Shown: positions 1-12,844 of the stretch, piece after piece | How positions within the stretch are numbered: position 1 is the first letter of the stretch | Layout of the letters: each line of letters starts with the position of its first letter | DNA from: Isurus oxyrinchus | Lineage: Eukaryota | Direction: 5' to 3' | DNA: 64,000 bases | NCBI GenBank assembly: GCA_026770705.1 | Contig: JANJGN010000034.1 | Coordinates: 3,162,001-3,226,000 of the forward strand | Position numbers and translations under genes: made by a program | Notes under the pieces: model-generated | Seen by the model: only the letters and a program-made list of their open reading frames with translations | What the model was told of the DNA's origin: nothing | Databases searched by the model: none

Positions 1-107
1 CAACGTTCTGCCATGCACTGTTCTACGCATCTCTGGTTCAATGTTATAGCAATCCAGGACTGGTAGTCCAGTACCGGGAGTGCAATTCTCAAATCAGTAA
101 TTTATTA

Positions 108-555
108 TTGAAAGGGCATTTTCCGAATTTGTTCCAAGAAAAACAAAAATATCTTCCTCTGCTGTACTTCGGCTTGCGTGCATCACAGGAAAAAAAAACA
201 TGATGTAAGGCGAGGTTCACTGTGCAACGCATAGCTTCTGAACCAAACAGTAATGAATGAGGATCCTCTTCAGAGATCTGAGCGCCACAACCAGGCTGAC
301 ATGCAGCACAGTACTGAGAGGTTGATGGTCTGTCAGACGTCTTCTCATGTTGATGAGAAGATGGAAAACCAGCTCGATCGGCTGAATTTAAACGAGTACA
401 AAGCACTATTGAGAATGACTAGGACACTGACTCCCCATTCTCATCGTTAATAATGAGATCAAAAGTGCGATTCCACAAACAGATCATTGACGTTCATCTT
501 ATCGCCATTTTGGAATCATCGTGTGTATGTTCCTTGCATTGTTTCAGTTATTGAT
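108..555. repeat. Additional duplicated block matching ~32496-32945
   Basis: Shared GCATTTTCCGAATTTGTTCCA...ATGAATGAGGATCCTCTT...GTTTCAGTTATTGAT; homology stops abruptly after 555/32945. Confidence 0.95.
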
Positions 556-1378
556 ATTCAAAATTTACTTCATTATAATATAAGAACTTAGGCATTAGTA
601 CACAATAACGATTTTTTTGAACAAGCATATTCATTTAAAATACAGATCAGCTATCGCCTGAATGATTATCAAAATATTCCAGATGAACAGCAAGACCGAC
701 TGTATTTCAATGTTCATATGTTCTGTTCATGAAACAATCATACACTGCCAGAAGGATCGTTAGCCCAAATACAGAGATATCAAATGATTGTAAAAATAAC
801 TAGTTCCTAAATGCGTTCAATTTAAAAAAAAATTCATTGACGTGTTACAACATGAAATTCTAGCACAATTCTAAAAAGAAAAAATGACGAATAGCTTCAA
901 CAGAAAACAAAAAGAAACAGTGGGCGTTGAAATATCAGGAGTGTTGGGCTATTTTATTGGCGCCTATGTGGAGCTGAGAATGTCACATTGAGCCGAATCT
1001 TGTCTGCCTGTACTGCATGATTCTACAGCAGCTGGCTTGAAGTCAAAGTTTGCCAAGGATAACGTTCACATCTCTCACTTAAATTCGGACATTTTAAAAC
1101 CATAAGTCATTGGCAGATCTTATGGTAACCAGTCCAAATATCTGCTTATGTGGCATGACTTTAAAGTTGAAGATGATAACTTTGCACTGAATTACTTTGA
1201 GGTCTTTTGGGCCCATTATTACTGGAAAGAGTTGACTTATGTAAAATAAAACATACCAACTGTCAGTTACTGGATCCTTTACCGGGGAACCAAGTGACGT
1301 GACAGGCGAAATGTATTTTCACTTTGTGTTGAGGAATAACCCTGAATGCATGGACAATTTAAATTAATATTATCATAC

Positions 1379-1405
1379 CTATCTTTGTGTCCTGTAGCAT
1401 TTTTT
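1379..1405 (-). CDS. Micro-exon A8, 27 nt, (E)KMLQDTKI
   Basis: tttgtttgtcactacag|AAAAAATGCTACAGGACACAAAGATAG|gtatga. Confidence 0.75.
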   Translation of the reverse strand, partial: KKCYRTQR

Positions 1406-2036
1406 CTGTAGTGACAAACAAAGTTGAATTAAAGAGCAACAAAAATACGGGTTGTAAAATACAACAATTCTACGTTTTAGATTTGCACATGAAACGAAAT
1501 CGCAGTTCAGCCCACTTGCCTGATTAAAATCTGATCCTAAAAAGGCGGAAGAAAATTTCACAGACAGCGCGTTTTTAGACATCAAGGACGAGAAACGTTG
1601 GTGTGGAAGTGGATTATAAATCAGAATACATTTCTTTTCCGGCTTGTGAAAGTGCCCCCAGAAACATGAAGTTGGTGAGATGGTAGAGGTGAAAAGCCAT
1701 TTACTGCACCGAAGAATGATTTTCTTCCCAGCACGCCAATTCTTTCCTCTGAAATATTGAGCCAGTCAATCTCCACCGATCCTTCCCTATAACACCAATC
1801 TCTCAGTTGTTACAGCGCGCTCTGCATGGGAATGTTCTTCCTCACATTCCCTACAGCTATTCTCATTAACTTGATATCTCTGCCACCCTTGTACTGATCA
1901 GATAATACAAGCGGTTTTTCTTTGTCCAATTTATCCAAAGGCGCCATAATATTTTACACTTCTATCACGTGTCTTCTTAATCTCCTTTGCTGCAAGGCGA
2001 AGCACCCCAGCGTTTCCAGCACTTGCATTTAGCTAA

Positions 2037-2106
2037 CCCCACACACACCAACCCCCCCACCCCCACCAACACACCCCCACCCCACCCCCCCCCCCCCCCC
2101 CCACCT
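2037..2106. repeat. C-rich/poly-C tract (G-rich on the minus strand; shorter in copy B ~36622-36660)
   Basis: Direct reading; explains the poly-Pro and poly-Gly ORFs. Confidence 0.85.
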
Positions 2107-2199
2107 TCCTGGAGCCAGCGTGGTATATCCCTGCTGCAAACTTTAAAGGACGCACATCCTTCCGAAAATGTGGTGACGGGAATTGAACTCAAGGCCCCA

Positions 2200-2470
2200 G
2201 TAGGAGATTTACTAAAGCTTCAAGAAATTTCAGCAGCAATTCCAAACTACTTTTACCCAATGCCTTTATTTACGAAGCAAGGTATTCCATATGCATTGCT
2301 TATCACACTCTCAGAATGCCCGGCCACCTTCTAAGATCGATGCACATGCGCCCCACTACCCTCTGTTCTCGTGCACACTTTAGAATTCTGCTATTCAGAT
2401 TGCATTGCCCCTACGCACATTTTCTGATAGAATCAGACACCTAACACTCCTCTACAATAAACAGCATACA
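2200..2470 (-). mobile_element. Highly decayed CR1-type RT fragment (copy B ~36760-37030)
   Basis: Remnant ...CCCACTACCCTCTGTTCTCGTGCACACTTTAGAATT...ACCTAACACTCCTCTACAATAAACAGCAT resembles antisense CR1 ORF2; boundaries approximate. Confidence 0.4.
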
Positions 2471-3129
2471 TCGCTTAAGCCTATCAAATCATTTAATTGT
2501 TCAAACACAGACAATATGTATGGAAAATGAGTGGACCAATATAAGGATCAAACATATAACGTCGACGCGAATGATTGCAACCTGTGAAGATTTCTCTTTT
2601 TAACTTAGAAAATGTTGATAATGTGTATATCTTTAACAGGAGTATGTGAGTGCAATGCATTAAACATTTTATTAGATATCAAAAAGGCATTCGAAGGATA
2701 TAGATTTATAAACTATTGTTGGCGATTCGAAACGAGTAAAGACGTTTGCAGTTCGTGCACAGCTTAAGCAAAAGCACACATCTCTTTGACTGAATGGTCT
2801 GTTCTTGTAACTTCAATCCTACAAAAGTCTGCAAAGAAAATATGCATCGAGCCTGATCTCACCAATTATCCACCGAGCTGGTTGCAATAAATACGACCCA
2901 ATTAATCACAATGAATAACTTCCCTCGCTTATTTAGATGACGCTGCTTTTTCAATGGGAATCAGGAAGCAGTCGGGAAGTTATTCAGACCAACAGGGCCA
3001 TTACATCGACGGCCTCCAAAACCCCATTATTTGTACATGATGCGGTTTTAACTCCATTATTCCAAATCACCAGTCGGTTCCCCTTGCTAGTTGTTGGAAT
3101 TCGTCTCACATACACGATGTATTAACATA

Positions 3130-3515
3130 GGTGGAGGCGTAGTGTTTTGATCATTGGACCGGTAATGCGGAGATCCAGGGTAATCCTCTGGGTACCCAGG
3201 TCCGAATTCCACCGTGACGGATTGTGCAGTTTGAAAACAGCATGAATCAATTTTTCAGGTCTACCACTGACGGTTAAAACCATCTTCGGTTGTCGGAAAG
3301 GAAGAAGCTCGTTGGTTTACTAATAACTTTTAGGGAAGTGCACCTGTGATTCTTACCTGGTACAGTTGCACACTGGAGTCCAGACCTACAGGAATGTGGT
3401 TCACTGCTAAACGTCCTCTGGAATGACCTATCAGGCCAATTTGTTCAAGGGAAATTAGAGATGGGCAATACATGCTGGCCGAGCCAGCGCATCGCACATC
3501 CCTTAAACGAATAAC
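3130..3515 (+). mobile_element. tRNA-derived SINE (copy B ~37680-38070; related copies ~25355-26150 and ~31965-32295)
   Basis: A/B-box-like head (GGCGTAGTG...GGTCCGAATTCC) and 3' tail TTCAAGGGAAATTAGAGATGGGCAATACATGCTGGCC...CACATCCC; similar tails at ~26085-26150 and ~32235-32290. Confidence 0.7.
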
Positions 3516-4033
3516 AATTGAACATAAAACGGTTTGGTCATACTCATCATCTTTCGCATTAAACATACTCTATATACTTTGCCAATGCACTATGTTGGTG
3601 CCTATTTTATGTGTATGACACCTCATTACGGAGCAGCCCAGTACAAATACATATTCTCCATGTCGCACCTTTAAAAAGCATTTCATAAAATTGGAACATC
3701 CAACAGGTGAACACAGGACTGGATTTTCTCAAGAAATCATATGCAGCATTTGAAACATTTCCTCTGAATTATAACCTAATTGGCTGCCAACTGTACTTTT
3801 CTCTAAGCTCCAATATCGAGCTGGATGGAGGATCGGCTTCGCACTCATCTTGGGCTTTGCAAATGTTTACGCGCTGCCAGGAGATGGAGACGAGTGGAAA
3901 GGCGCCTCATCAGCCAAAGGGGATACTTTTCAACGGTTTAAACACATTCTCGGCCGCCGTAGGATTTTGAAGATGCAGTGATAATCGAGTTCGTTTTGTA
4001 GAGTAGAAGGGTCATGCAGACTGGTAATATTCC

Positions 4034-4206
4034 GCTGAATTTAATCGGCCCGTAGCTGCTGATGCGGCGCCGTCTATTGCAGCGAGCCATCCGGAAGTCC
4101 ATTGACCTCGGTAGATTTCACATTCACTGGAAATCAATGGAGTTTAAAATGGTTCATCACATTTTACGGCCCAGTCCCAAACGCGGCTGGGCCGTAAAAT
4201 TCCATC
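4034..4206. mobile_element. Palindromic MITE-like element (copy B ~38581-38753)
   Basis: Imperfect terminal inverted repeats GCTGAATTTAATCGGCCC / GGGCCGTAAAATTCCATC; internal TCCATTGA...TCAATGGA; perfect 14-bp hairpin at 4161-4200. Confidence 0.6.
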
Positions 4207-4409
4207 TATTTGTTCTATTTGTCTCTCCACAGTTGCTGCTAGGCCCGCTGAGTTTATGCAGTATTTTCTCCTTTTAGGATCGGAATTGCATCGTCTGCAG
4301 TGTTTCTCTATTATGCACTTCATACAGTTTTGTGCTCTAAACGGATTCATTATTCTCCCCTTCACCGCTCACTCCGCCCCTCCCCCCCCCCCCCCCCCCC
4401 ACCATTCTG

Positions 4410-6530
4410 CAGACATAAAGGAAAGGCATGTAATAACATGGATTTGGGATTACCATCTAACTATATTGACGTTTTGGAGAACTACCTATTTGCAGGGCGC
4501 TGGAGCTCATTGAAGGGCATGAACGCTTTCTGATCACTGTTTGGTTGTAACTAAAACCAGAATCAAGCTGAAGAGGCTGAAGAAATAATCAAAGATATTG
4601 AAGAGATTTGATATCCGCCAACCCATTGACACCTTAGAGGATTTTCAAATAACCCTTGGGAACATAATTGGTGTTCTGGCTGACTGAGTGCCCGGAAGAG
4701 TAGATTGTTGGGAGGAAGTAAATCTTCAATGGCAGTAGCAGGGAACAGGCATTCTGACAGTAAGTTATTTTTTAGTATTCGCAGATAAGTGACTGAACAT
4801 GGGATATTTTCACATAAGCCAAAGTATTTCATTGGATAAGACAGAAAAATGAAACATGATGACTGCCTTCCATCAGGCCTATGGGAATTAAGATAGTTAG
4901 ACGAAAAGGAGTTCCCAACAAGGCAACGGATAATGGATGAAAACGCCAAGACACAAGAAAGCAGAGTACAACTCGGCCAAAATCACAAGATATCACTATT
5001 TCAAATCGGAAAGAATATTCTCCACGTTATGAAAGTAATGGTCGGACCAGTTATTGGGATGGATTGTACGCTGATCTCAAAAGGTGTAGGTGTTATCGTG
5101 GTGGGCAGAAAACCTCAGGAAAACCTGTAATAGACTTAGTCCATCGATTCCAGACCACGTCAATCAGCCACCAATTAAGCTTCCAGTAAGTGTAGAGAGG
5201 TTAAGTTGAAATCAGGTAGTTAAAGTAATTGCTTTACACAAGAAATAAGGGGATACCGATATAATTAATTTCGCTGCAGAAATGCTGAAGTCAGCAGGAA
5301 ATCAAGTGTCCTGCGGCTAATGAAAATTAGTAATCAAGTCGGGGAGACTTCAGTTGTTCCCCAAGACTGAAAATGATCCCCTCACTAAACGTGACACTTG
5401 AAGTGAGTTCTTTCCACTAAATTGCAGGCAAAGTCCATTGCTACATGACCTTTTACCATTTATCTGGACAGTGGGTAGAGATCATGGAGAAGGCCCGTTA
5501 GGTTTTGGAACGAAATAACATTTCACTTTGCAAAAGCCGCATCATTAAGAAATGCCAAGTGCATCTCGTCACCTTTGCAATCACCCTTCTTGAGTTCAGC
5601 AAGATGTATGATAGGCTTTATCGGTCCACACTCCAGAAAAAGAAAAAAAATATATTTAACTGGCATCACGCAGCAATGTTCAAAGTTATTGTAATGTTCT
5701 ATCAGAGTTCCAGAACCTGCGTTAGCACAGAGGGTGGTTACAATGATTGGTTCCATTTGCGGCCTTGTGAGGCAAGTGTACATCGTTTCTATCTTTGTTT
5801 TCTGCTGTTGCCATTGACTCGTAAGTAAGGAAGTCAACCATGGATACTATTGCAGTGAAATGGATTAATTATCGTCAGCTTGAAGCGTTGCCTTTTGTTT
5901 ATGACACAATTGCTCTGTCGGACAGCATAACAGGGCTGCAACACCTCATTGTACTTCTGTACAATCAGCCTGAGAAAGGGAGACTCACCATGAACGCCAA
6001 TAAGGCAAAAAAGAAAAAATGATAAAAATGACAGGAAGCCAGCAAAACCGATCAGCTATTTGTGCCAATCAAAAGAAGGATGACTTCGTAGTTCAAGTAG
6101 AGGAGTTCACATATCCACGCATTTCTATGACTACCATAGAGAAAGATATGAATTCGAGAATGGATAAAACATCATATGGTTTTAAACACCTGACAAATAC
6201 TTGGAAAAGCAAAACTTTTTCCATGTGAACGAAGCACAGACTTTAGACTGCAAACTATCCAGTAGTCTTGTGAAACTTGGAACCGGAAAACCTGCGAAGA
6301 AAGGAATCAGGTGACTTTGACAACATATGCCTTCAAAGGATTCTAGCCATAGACCTGTGTTACAGCTAGCCCAGCACTCAAGTAAGGGAATACTCAAAAG
6401 AGCCTCCAGTTTCAGCAGTCATGCAGAAATGAGGGATCCACTGGCTTTCTCGCATCACTGGATTTCCATCATGGCAGCCTGCCCATCAGACCCTCCAGCA
6501 GGCAGCTAAAAAAATATATATGTAAGTAAA
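4410..6530 (+). mobile_element. Decayed RTE-clade LINE (copy B ~38940-41100)
   Basis: RT remnants CVSTEGGYNDWF, PFVYDTIALSDSITGLQHLI..MNANKAK (degenerate YADD region) and VEEFTY..IEKDMNSRMDKTSYGFKHLTNTWKSK, typical of RTE-clade RT; 5' boundary uncertain. Confidence 0.75.
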
Positions 6531-6559
6531 GGCTGACTCAAGGTCAGCTAATGCAAAAC

Positions 6560-9500
6560 TGTCATCTCGTGAACAGATACTGGAGCGAGGCAAAAACATT
6601 GGCTTTGCACAAGGAAGAGTGCAATGGGCAGGTAGTGATGGGACAACAAAAGCTACAATTTAGTAGGAAGGGGCAGATTGTCCAAACTTAGTGCACGTGT
6701 AGAAAATCAAACATATTGCAATAATTACAACAAATACAGAATTTTAGGCTGTGCACCTGACGAGGTGCAGCAATCATTACAAAAGAGATGAATTGACAGC
6801 ACAATTGAAATTAACATCTACGATTTGGTCGGCATTAATTAACGTTGTTTCAAAGTGTCCAATGTTGTGATCTAAACATTCAAGGATGTTTTACATTTCC
6901 GAAGGACTGAAAGTAGGAAAACGTGACGGAGCACCTCTTTTAATTAAGAATTACATTGATGCAGTAGTGAGAGGTGAACATTGTTCAGCAGATCAAGATG
7001 TAGAATAATTTTGGGTATAAGTAAAAAATAGTAAAATAAGAGTTATCTTACGGAAATAATTCACAAGGACACAGTCAGCAGCTACACTGTAACATTGGCT
7101 ATGAGGGATATAAATATCTTGAGTTGCAAGAAAATTATTGTAATAATCACGCAGAATTATTTATTACCTCCCTTTAGTTGGGATGAATCAGATTTGCAAA
7201 TTTTGGCCAGATAAACAGTTCATAAGAGCATTGAAGCAATTTCTTAGAACTATGCTTTCAAGTGCCACGCAGGGCGAAAGCTACTTAAAACTGGCCCGTG
7301 TGCAATTAGACATGACTAATTAATGACTTCATAGTAATAGAGCCTGTATGCAAAATTACTCATAACAGAATCTGAATGTGAGAAGTATGGGTCAAAGACA
7401 AGTGTCTCAAACTGAAATAAACGTAATTAAAAGGACATGAAGAGTTGAAAAATGCAAAATATGTTTGAAAGTTGGACATTTAAAGACACAGTGTGATGGA
7501 CATTTGAGGAGATATTTCGTAACCTTGTATTTTATAATATTTTATACTGACAAATAAAGACTCTATGAGAAGTATGCACCATCCGAGGCTGGAAACATAT
7601 GCCATCAGTTACTATAGGAAACAACTTGAAAACTAATTTGAAATAAGGAAACTATTACATAAAGTGTGCCTCAGTCCCTTAGCAATTGACACTGGAAAAC
7701 CAATAATGGAAGAAAATGAGACGTTGAAAGCGTGAATACTTATTTACAGCCTGACTTCAGTGAGGAAGTGTAACAATCTTAAACTGAGGTTATCCCGGGA
7801 CAAGCCTCATCCCATAGTGGATCCCAGCTTGCTAGGGCCTAATGATTATTTCTTTTTTTAGCTATGTGGCGAGTAGCTAATGAACATTGTCACATGATTC
7901 AGCTGATATACTTTTAACAAAAGAATGAAACATTTATTTAACAAGAAAGGATGAACAATATTACAATGCTCCTTCATCATCAAATATACCTCTACAGATA
8001 TATACAGATTTTCAAGGAACACACACGTTACAAAAAGTATATTACACTACAACATTCACACTAGTACACAGTCTATTTACACCTATTATGACGGGTGACC
8101 AGGCACATCACTTTCCGAGGGCAAGTGATGGATGACATCTCAACTAATTGCTGTGCTTCTCTCCGGAACTCCAGCTAAACGATTTTCATATCATGAGCCA
8201 ACTTGTCTCACTGCACTACGTCTTTCACAGGAGGCTATCCAACCTCCACTCTCCAAGCCATTACCTTAAAATATTCACCCAAACAGGCATTTTCTTTCAG
8301 ACGCCTCCCACAATGGTTCAACTCCAGGGTTTTGAACTCTCTTTCCAATGCTCCTTTTCCTTCGGTCACCACAGGTATGTTTATCTGTCTTCTACGCAGT
8401 CTCTCTTGCTAAATCATTCAGTAACTGTACCAAAGCTTCGCATGCCCAAAGCAAGAGTTACAGACCTTCACTTCTCTCCTTGAACCTTCTTGCTCCTTGC
8501 AAGCTGTTCTCGGTTTAAATCTGCTTTCTGCAGTTCTTGTCTCTTTAAGTTTGAATTTTGAAGCCTTTCTCTCTGCTCCTCACTATTGACTTCACTAAGA
8601 AGACCTCTTCTAGGTTCTTGAACTTCCTTTGACTAAATGGTCTTCTTAAACCTTCCTCTTTTTCTATCTTAAGCCATTGGCCTTGGAACCTTGTGGTCCT
8701 TTTGGGAAATGTGCAGTTCCCTCTCCCATTGACGAGTATCTCTTGGGTTTTGGCTTCAAACCTCGCTGCACTCCAGCAGCTTCCTACCATAGTGCTTTTT
8801 TTGTAGCTTCTCAGTTTGTGTCTGTGGAAGGGATATACGTCAGTGGTTCCCTATTGCTCGACAAGAGTCCAATTCTTCTACGCTTGTTGGTTTACTTTAG
8901 GTTAAGTTGGAAAGCTCTCATGAAACATGCAAGCACATGTATAAAGTGAAACTAAAATCCGTGACACACGGATACAGCAATACAAATCAAACTTAAACTT
9001 TAAAGCTAAAACTCATTCCTAACACTGACAAATACCAATATAATGCACTTAAACTGTCTCGATTTCCGAGCAGAATGACATCCCAGATATTTAAAGCTCT
9101 AGATTTAAAACTGAGTGAAAAGCTTAAAACAATTGCAACTGCCACGGAAACAGCTGGAGAAATTATTACAACTAAATGTGTACAACCATCTGGACTCGCT
9201 GGCCAGCGTTCTAGGGCCCTAAAGAAATATTAGCTACCAAGATAGCAAATGCATTTGTTGTAATCTCCCTCAAATCTCCAGATTGAGGAAAATTCCTAGA
9301 GATTTAAAAATCACAAACGTTGCATTAATATTCAAGAAATGTGAATGACAGAAGTAAGGAACGTATACGGTTGATGTTCCTTTAATTATCACACGGCAAT
9401 TGATGGAATTAAATTTTAGCAAAGTCATAGCAGGGCATTTGGAAAATTGTAAGACAGTTCAACAGAGGCAACCGGCATTTGTGAAAGGGAAATCGTCATT

Positions 9501-10565
9501 CAAAATGTTCTTAGAGATCTTCGAGGAAGCAATATAAAAGGTAGTTTAAGTAGTTCTTGCAGATGTGATGGACTTGCATATCCAAAAGAATTTCCGTAAG
9601 GTGCCACATCAACGGTCGTGCACAAAATAAGAACTCATGCTGTAGGGGTAACATATTAGCAATGTTATTTGCTTTGTTAGCTAAATGGCAGCAGCGAGTC
9701 TGGATCAATTCTACTTTTTTGATTTGGCAGTGTCTAAACAGTGGAGTGACAGAGGGAACATGTGAATCTGTTCTATTTGCCAGGAAGAGCATAAAATAAT
9801 ATGTTGTTTTTATTACAAAGAGACGCAATAAAAACCTGAGAGCCAAAGGGATCTGGGGGTCATGGAGCATGAGTATAAAAATGGTATGTACGTGCAGCAA
9901 GTGATTACAGAGAGGAAATTGAACGTTGGTGTTTATTTAATGGTGAACCGTGTCTGAAAGTAGAGAATTGTCACTGCAAATGTACAAGGTACAAATGAGA
10001 GAGCAATTGGGGCACTGTGCACATCTTTGGTCTGCTTATCTAAGAAATGATACAATTCCATGAGAAGCATCTCAGAGAAACTTTAATTAGATAATACCTG
10101 GAAACATGGGTTTACCTTATGCATAAAGGTTCAGCAGGTTCAGCCCGTACTCAGTGCAGGGAGGTGATATTTTGAACTGCATAAAATCCTGAGGGAACGT
10201 GACAGATTGTATGCCGAGAGGTTGCTCCCTTTCTCTGGGTGTGGAACTAGCGTCACCGTTCCAAAAATAGGGCTTTTCCCATTTAAAATTAAAATGGGGA
10301 TTTTTATTTTTCTGTCTTAGAGGGTCGTTAGACTGTGGAATATTCTTCCCCAGGAAACAATGGATACTGAATCATGAGATACGTTCAAAGATGAGCTTTG
10401 ATTTCTTTTTTTAAAAAAAAAAAACAAAGGAATCATGGATTTCAGTCGCAGGTCGTAAATAAATAAATGAAGCCTCAATCCCAACGCTCTGGATCTAATC
10501 ACATGTTGAGGCAAGCTTGCGGCCCGAATGGCCTACCCCTCTTCCTAGATCTTTTGTCAGTGTAT
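6560..10565 (+). mobile_element. Old CR1 LINE ORF2 plus 3' tail, interrupted by a solo LTR (copy B ~41130-45125)
   Basis: Endonuclease start remnants (GATGAATTGACAGCACAATTGAAATT..ATTCAAGGAT); RT remnants (GGGAAATCGTCA.., AAGGTGCCACATC); CR1 tail GGCCCGAATGGCCTAC..CTTCCTA. Confidence 0.8.
7769..9072. mobile_element. Solo LTR of ~1.3 kb (copy B 42359-43658)
   Basis: TG...CA termini (TGTAACA...GAGCA; copy B TGTTATG...GAACA); imperfect GAAG/GAAT flanks; CR1 sequence resumes across it (CTTCAGTGAGGAAG|GAATGACATCCCAG). Confidence 0.7.
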
Positions 10566-10629
10566 TTATTGTTTCCTGATGCGCCACTTCGTGCAGAGTC
10601 TACCAAGTTCAACTAATTCCCATAGTAGC

Positions 10630-10860
10630 CAACTGTGGCACATTGGTTGGCTGTTGCCTCTAAGTCAAACGATGCTCATTTTGAAATATTTTTCCAGAGA
10701 CTTGAGTACATATTGGACCCTGATGTGCTTACTGTAGTTTCGATAGAATTCAATTTTGTGCAGTGCCTCATCGAATAGCCCCATCTTTCGATTATAGTTA
10801 ATGATGTGATCACATGGGACCGATGTCATTTAAAGGGCCCAGATTATTTCAGTTGCCTCC
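10630..10860 (+). mobile_element. Decayed tRNA-SINE, possibly DeuSINE/SacSINE-like (copy B ~45190-45420)
   Basis: GTGGCACATTGGTTGGCTGTTGCCTCTAAGTCA...TCCAGAGACTTGAGTACA head; family assignment from memory only. Confidence 0.5.
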
Positions 10861-11155
10861 TGCATAATATTATTTCTTGTTAAAACAGTGATCTCCAGCA
10901 TATGGAATTCCTGGAGCCTGCCTTTGTATATCAGTAATCAAATTCAGTAGTAGATGTTTACTTATCAACTGGTCCTGACGTTTTACGGAGCACCAACTGG
11001 TGGTTCCAGGCACCACACTTTGGATTTTTACATACTTGGACATACTGACCATGTGCAAAGTGTAGTGGAGCAGATATGCTATTAATGTCAAAGTCTAAGC
11101 TATTTAGACCCATCAAATGTGTTAATAAGCTGCCAAATATGCCTTTCTAATTTAC

Positions 11156-11191
11156 CTGTGTCTGCAAGAGCCTGCTTCACCTTGGCCAGCT
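11156..11191 (-). CDS. Micro-exon A7, 36 nt, (E)LAKVKQALADT
   Basis: tttttctttctttcgctcag|AGCTGGCCAAGGTGAAGCAGGCTCTTGCAGACACAG|gtaaat. Confidence 0.85.
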
Positions 11192-12589
11192 CTGAGCGAA
11201 AGAAAGAAAAATATCTTCAGTGGTTAGAAGCTCAATTAAATGAATGAAACAAAGAAAAGAGTGTCACAATTGGATGTGCTAGAAACTTCCGTTATCTCAG
11301 TGACTGTCCGTTTCATATCGCACTTCATATCCAGTTCCTTTAATGAAGATGGGTGGAGCAGACAATAGACAATTGCAGCAGTGGAATTTCTAGTGTCAAT
11401 TTGGATAAACAGAATTACATCGAATGCATAAAAGAGAAACTGCATTCGGCCACATTTTTGACGTCACAGCTAATGCTGCACAAAAACCTATTGATAATTT
11501 ATTCGATCCGAGTTTAAGCAGCATAATGTTTCTGGTCGTTTATCCCTCATTCACTTATCTAGCAGCCAAGTAAGTGCGCCTGTGCTAATCGCCTCGGCTC
11601 CTGACAGTAACCAAATTCACATTTCACTTCATTTTAAGGCAATATCTATGTTCCTTGAACTCGCATTCTCTTCATATGCAGTAAAGTTCATAATAATAGT
11701 TACAATTCTTGTTATCTCCCATGTGGGTTGATATCTGTTTTACATTTGCATTGTCAATAAGGTCATAATTAAAAGGAATGCATTTCAGTGAACCACCGCA
11801 TTCATATTATCTGCTTGAAATCGAGAATCAAATTGATTTATTTCATGCAAGGCCAATAAGAATGAGCGAAAAAAGTTATTTCGTTATCCCTACCTTTCTC
11901 CGTTCCAATGGGCTTCTCATTTAAGATTAAAATGAGAATTCAACATATGACAGAGAGACCGGGGCTAACAAATGCTTTCCTGGCCATTCTAAAAATGCCG
12001 GTGCTATTGCTTTCAAAACACATAAATATTGAATTCGATGCATAACAGCTCGTCGATGAAATTACACAACTATCACGTTAAAACATATTTGATTTTCTAC
12101 CCAGTGAATTTGTCAAACTTATTCGCTATTTGTTGCATCCAGCTGTCTGGACTGAGAAGATCCGTGACAATATCCAACAGCAATATTCCATCGAGCAGCC
12201 TGGTTCTCGGCAAAATGTTGGGCAAAGGTTTCGCTGGTGGAGACCATTTCATTATTTGCTTACATGTTCCTTGCGGTTGGTAGTCAGGGTCTGGGGAGCC
12301 AGAGGGTCTGTTATTCGCTGCAGAATGCTCAGCATCTGATCTACTCGTCCAGCACCTGCATTAGTTTGCAGGAATAATTCAGACCATGTCAATGCAAAAT
12401 GCATCATGTCAACGGTGCAATTTTAAATTACTTAACTACATAATTATCATGTCTCCCTCTCCCCCAACCCTTGATATCCTTGTCGCTCTCATATGTAAAT
12501 AGTATATAAAACCATTCTCAATAAATTTGTTAATTAAATTATTGGCTTGACATAAAATCTAAACTAAGTCATTAATATTCTTTATTATA

Positions 12590-12840
12590 TGGGAAAAGGA
12601 GCAGCAGTAGCAGATTATACTATTCGTCGAAGCTGCTCCACCATTCACCGTTGCCTGGTCCTCTGCCTTACCTTCAATTTCCTTCCCGCTGCATATATCT
12701 CTAGAAATCAATCGAGAGCAAAAATCCCTCCGTCTCACTTTTAAATATGCTCAAATCTAGAGTATAAACAACTGTCAAAATGTCGAAATACAAAGATTTA
12801 CAGCTCTCTGAAAGGAGAAATAGCTCCTCATCTCTGAACT
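12590..12840 (-). mobile_element. CR1 3'-end fragment (copy B ~47165-47415)
   Basis: AGGAGCAGCAGTAG..ATTCGTCGAAGCTGCTCCACCATTCA..GGAGAAATAGCTCCTCATCTCTG matches an antisense CR1 tail. Confidence 0.6.
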
Positions 12841-12844
12841 CCTA

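Noticed and set aside
1977-2334. Poly-Pro/poly-Gly ORFs
   Set aside because: Caused by a poly-C tract that differs in copy B; the rest overlaps a decayed CR1.
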